Assembly: GCF_006345805.1 (NCBI RefSeq)
Contig: NC_043008.1
Span: 25,544,001-25,608,000 of the forward strand
Direction of reading: 5' to 3'
DNA: 64,000 nucleotides
Source of the DNA: Octopus sinensis
Lineage: Eukaryota
Below, in pieces: positions 61,353-64,000 of the stretch (the stretch's first letter is position 1; the number at the start of each line of letters is the position of its first letter). The notes under the pieces are model-generated. The model saw only the letters and a list, made by a program, of their open reading frames with translations. It did not search any database and was not told the origin of the DNA. The translations under genes and the position numbers were made by a program.

Positions 61353-61569
61353 CATATATACACATATATATATGCAAATATACATACATACATACATGTA
61401 TATGTCCGGCATTTGCCAGGATAGATCGCTAGCCACTATACTTTTTTCTATTTTCTCTCCTTATTTATTTCTGTTGGAGAGTATAGGCTTGAAATGTAAA
61501 AGATTTTCTCACTTCCCGACCGTTAAACTGATACATCTGTTTGTTGTTTACACACTCGTCTTTGTCTTT
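61031..61569. repeat. ~170-bp inverted repeat enclosing a ~200-bp (TA)/(TG) microsatellite (Penelope-pLTR-like)
   Basis: 61031-61201 and 61399-61569 are near reverse complements. Confidence 0.85.
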
Positions 61570-61593
61570 ATATATATATAATCTTTTTGCTAG

Positions 61594-62289
61594 TTTATTT
61601 TGTCCTTTTTGTCTTTTCTCCTGGTACTGTATGAACATTTAATGTGGCTTTAGAGTCAAGTTTTGGCTGCTATTTGGAGGTATCTCTTAGGTACCCTAAA
61701 TTATAATTTTAATAATAATTATTACCTTTGAAGGTTTTCATCCCCATGCTAGCCACTTGATAAGATCGATATTTAAATTAACGATTTTATCCTTATTTAT
61801 ATAAATTTTTAGATTTATTTCGTCATTGTATTTACTGCGGTGATGTTTTAACCATATCACATGAGGAGTTATAGGCAGGCAATTTAAACTGGTCATGTGC
61901 ACACATGCATATGTATATGTTCGTATATGTAAGTATTTGTATGTTATATGTATATATATATGTGTATTTATGTTACTATCTGCGTATATTCCACTGACGA
62001 GGCTAAGCATTTCTTATGCAAAGTCAGAAATTCAGGATCTGGAATTATCCAGTAATTTTTTGTTAATTTATTTTGTCCTTTTTGTCTTCTCTCCTGGTGC
62101 TGTATGAACATTTAATGGGGTTTTAGAGTCAAATTTTGGCTACTATTTCCAGCGTGGAGGTATCTCTTAGATACCCTAAATTATAATTTTAATAATAATT
62201 ATTACCTTTGAAGGTTTTCATCCCCATGCTAGCCACTTGATAAGATCGATATTTAAATTAACGATCTTATCCTTATTTATATAAATTTA
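61594..62289 (+). mobile_element. Retrozyme/Penelope-pLTR-like element: ~475-bp unit plus ~215-bp partial tandem copy
   Basis: 61594-61808 is repeated at 62067-62288 with a few substitutions and a 7-nt indel. A hammerhead motif lies at 61988-62045. Confidence 0.78.
61988..62045 (+). ncRNA. Type I hammerhead ribozyme motif (variant)
   Basis: ATTCCA-CTGACGA-GGCT.aa.GCAT-ttctt-ATGC.aa.AGTC-a-GAAA-TTCAGGA-TC-TGGAAT. 6-bp stem I; extra A before GAAA; AUC triplet. Confidence 0.65.
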
Positions 62290-62309
62290 TATATGTATGT
62301 ATGTATATT

Positions 62310-63035
62310 GAGAAAACAAAACAATCTCAAAGTGTTCTTTTCATTTGCAAAACAGCGAAAAAACAAAGATGCTGTTTCCACTGTTGGTCCCCTGGTTGAG
62401 GAGAAGAACACCCTACAGGATGATGCAAAATCCATGTGCGAGATATTGCAGAGACAATACTGCTTTGTTTCCATTAATGCTAATGCGGTTGATCTGGTTA
62501 GCATCAGTGATGCAAACCCTCAACTAACCATATCTAACATAACTTTTGATGCTCCTGATAGACTAACAGAAATGAATAAGATCAAGCACAGCTTGGCAGT
62601 TAATTCCAATAAGTTCCCGGCCACTGTCCTGAAGATGTGTCAACATCAAGTTGCACTCCCTCTAGCTGAGCTTTGGAGAAACTCACCTGATGCAGGCTAC
62701 ATACCTAATCGTTTTCTTTCCCAGTCTCTCGTTCCATTCTTCAAAAAGGAAAACAAACCTCTTGCAGTGAACTACCATCTGATTTCACTCACTTCTCATA
62801 TCATTAAAATATTTGAGAGGGTGGTGAGACTGTGAATAACTCACTTCTTCAAAAAGCAACAATGTGCTGAACCCCAACCAGCATGATCTCCATGATGGCA
62901 GGGACTGCCTGTTGCAGCTTCTGCACTATTTTAATAACATCTTAGAAACTCTGGGAGAAGGCTTCAACACTGATGTCATATACCTTGATTTCAGCAAGGC
63001 ATTTGACAGAATGGATCACAAAATCCTGCTGAAGA

Positions 63036-63037
<2 letters not shown>
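62310..63037 (+). pseudogene. CR1-clade LINE RT fragment
   Basis: VPFFKK...[47 protein letters not shown]; stop and frameshift near 62833-62865. Confidence 0.88.
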
Positions 63038-63094
<57 letters not shown>

Positions 63095-63175
63095 ATATAT
63101 TTGTATGTATATACATATCTATATATGTGTGTATATATAGTATGTATATATATATTTATATATATATATATATAT

Positions 63176-63985
63176 GAAAGAAAACAGAAATCGGAACAAG
63201 AACGTAACAAGTGACAACAAAACATCCAGACAGTTAGACAATACAAAAACACAGAGTAGAAAACAAGGATGAGTCATTCGGAGCTTCCTATCCTCAGTCA
63301 AGTTCCAGATCATTGTTGCAGTTTTGGCTGATTACACTCGAGACTGCTCCAATCTGGCTGGCCCTTAGAAAATCTAAGCTAAAGGCACTAGAGTCCTAGA
63401 GTCCACTAGTGCTAAGAGCACTAGAGCACGAGAGAAAGGAAGAGAATGTTTATGAAAACAAGGATGAAAAAATGAAGAAATGGTACACAATTACAAATAT
63501 AAACAGGACATTAACAACAGGTGTCTTTTGATTAAGGACAAATCAAATGAAGCTGGTGTGTGTGGTAACTCTTTCTTTTAGCCCCCTTCTTTTTTCTTTC
63601 CACTTTCTTTTCTTTGCCCCCCATCTCACATTTCTTGGCCTTCCCTTCATTCTCACTTTCCCTCCTCTTTTACCTCACTCTGTCCATTTCCTTTCTTTTT
63701 CTCTTGTTCTCATCCCTCCCTAATTCTTCAATCCCTCTGCCCTCTACTTCTCTCCTCTCCATCCGTGTGACCAATGTTCTGCCAAACCTGACCTTTCTTT
63801 CTTGGTTCGACAACCATCTCTGTAGCATCTCTTCCTTCCCATGATTTTCATCTCTTATGCTCCTGCCATAAGGCTTCACTTCCACACATGCCAGCTAAAT
63901 ATAATTCGCTCTTAGTCAAAAGACACCTTTTGTTAATGTCCTGCTGTTTGTATTTGTAATTGTGTACCATTTTTCTGTTTTTATA
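63176..63985. mobile_element. Unclassified repeat with ~70-bp inverted arms (Penelope-like arrangement)
   Basis: 63478-63540 (AAATGGTACACAATTACAAAT...GGTGTCTTTTGA) is inverted at 63910-63973. Confidence 0.45.
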
Positions 63986-64000
63986 TACATTAGCTTCCTT

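Noticed and set aside
667-63313. Numerous ORFs rich in YI/HT/CV/IYLS or poly-I/M/L/D
   Set aside because: They are translations of (TA)n, (CA)n, (CTAT)n, (AAT)n and (GAT)n microsatellites, not genes.

Overview
AT-rich, repeat-saturated eukaryotic genomic DNA, intronic or intergenic. By inference it is an animal and most likely a coleoid cephalopod (Octopus-like): dense (TA)n/(CA)n/(AAT)n/(GAT)n microsatellites, tRNA-derived SINEs, RTE LINEs with (GAT)n tails. I cannot support any intact cellular gene. Most ORFs in the track are microsatellite artefacts or antisense shadows of retroelements. Mobile DNA seen: two young and several decayed RTE LINEs, whose ORF carries a C4HC3 PHD-type finger inside the RT C-terminal region; R4/Dong RLE retrotransposons of about 4 families nested in (AAT)n tracts; the 5' half of an L1/Tx1 element; a CR1-type RT fragment; two Gypsy LTR remnants, one with both LTRs, PBS, PPT and TSD splitting an older RTE; Tc1/mariner remnants and MITEs; a piggyBac-like MITE; and a non-autonomous Helitron. 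Most interesting: (1) a ~555-bp non-coding element in six copies, all in (AAT)n nests beside Dong elements, with a head that appears colinear with 5S rRNA (candidate microsatellite-targeted SINE3 using Dong machinery); (2) at least five unrelated short repeats carrying type-I hammerhead ribozyme motifs, in tandem or inverted arrangements typical of Penelope pseudo-LTRs and retrozymes. All alignments and folds were done by eye; coordinates of decayed elements are approximate.
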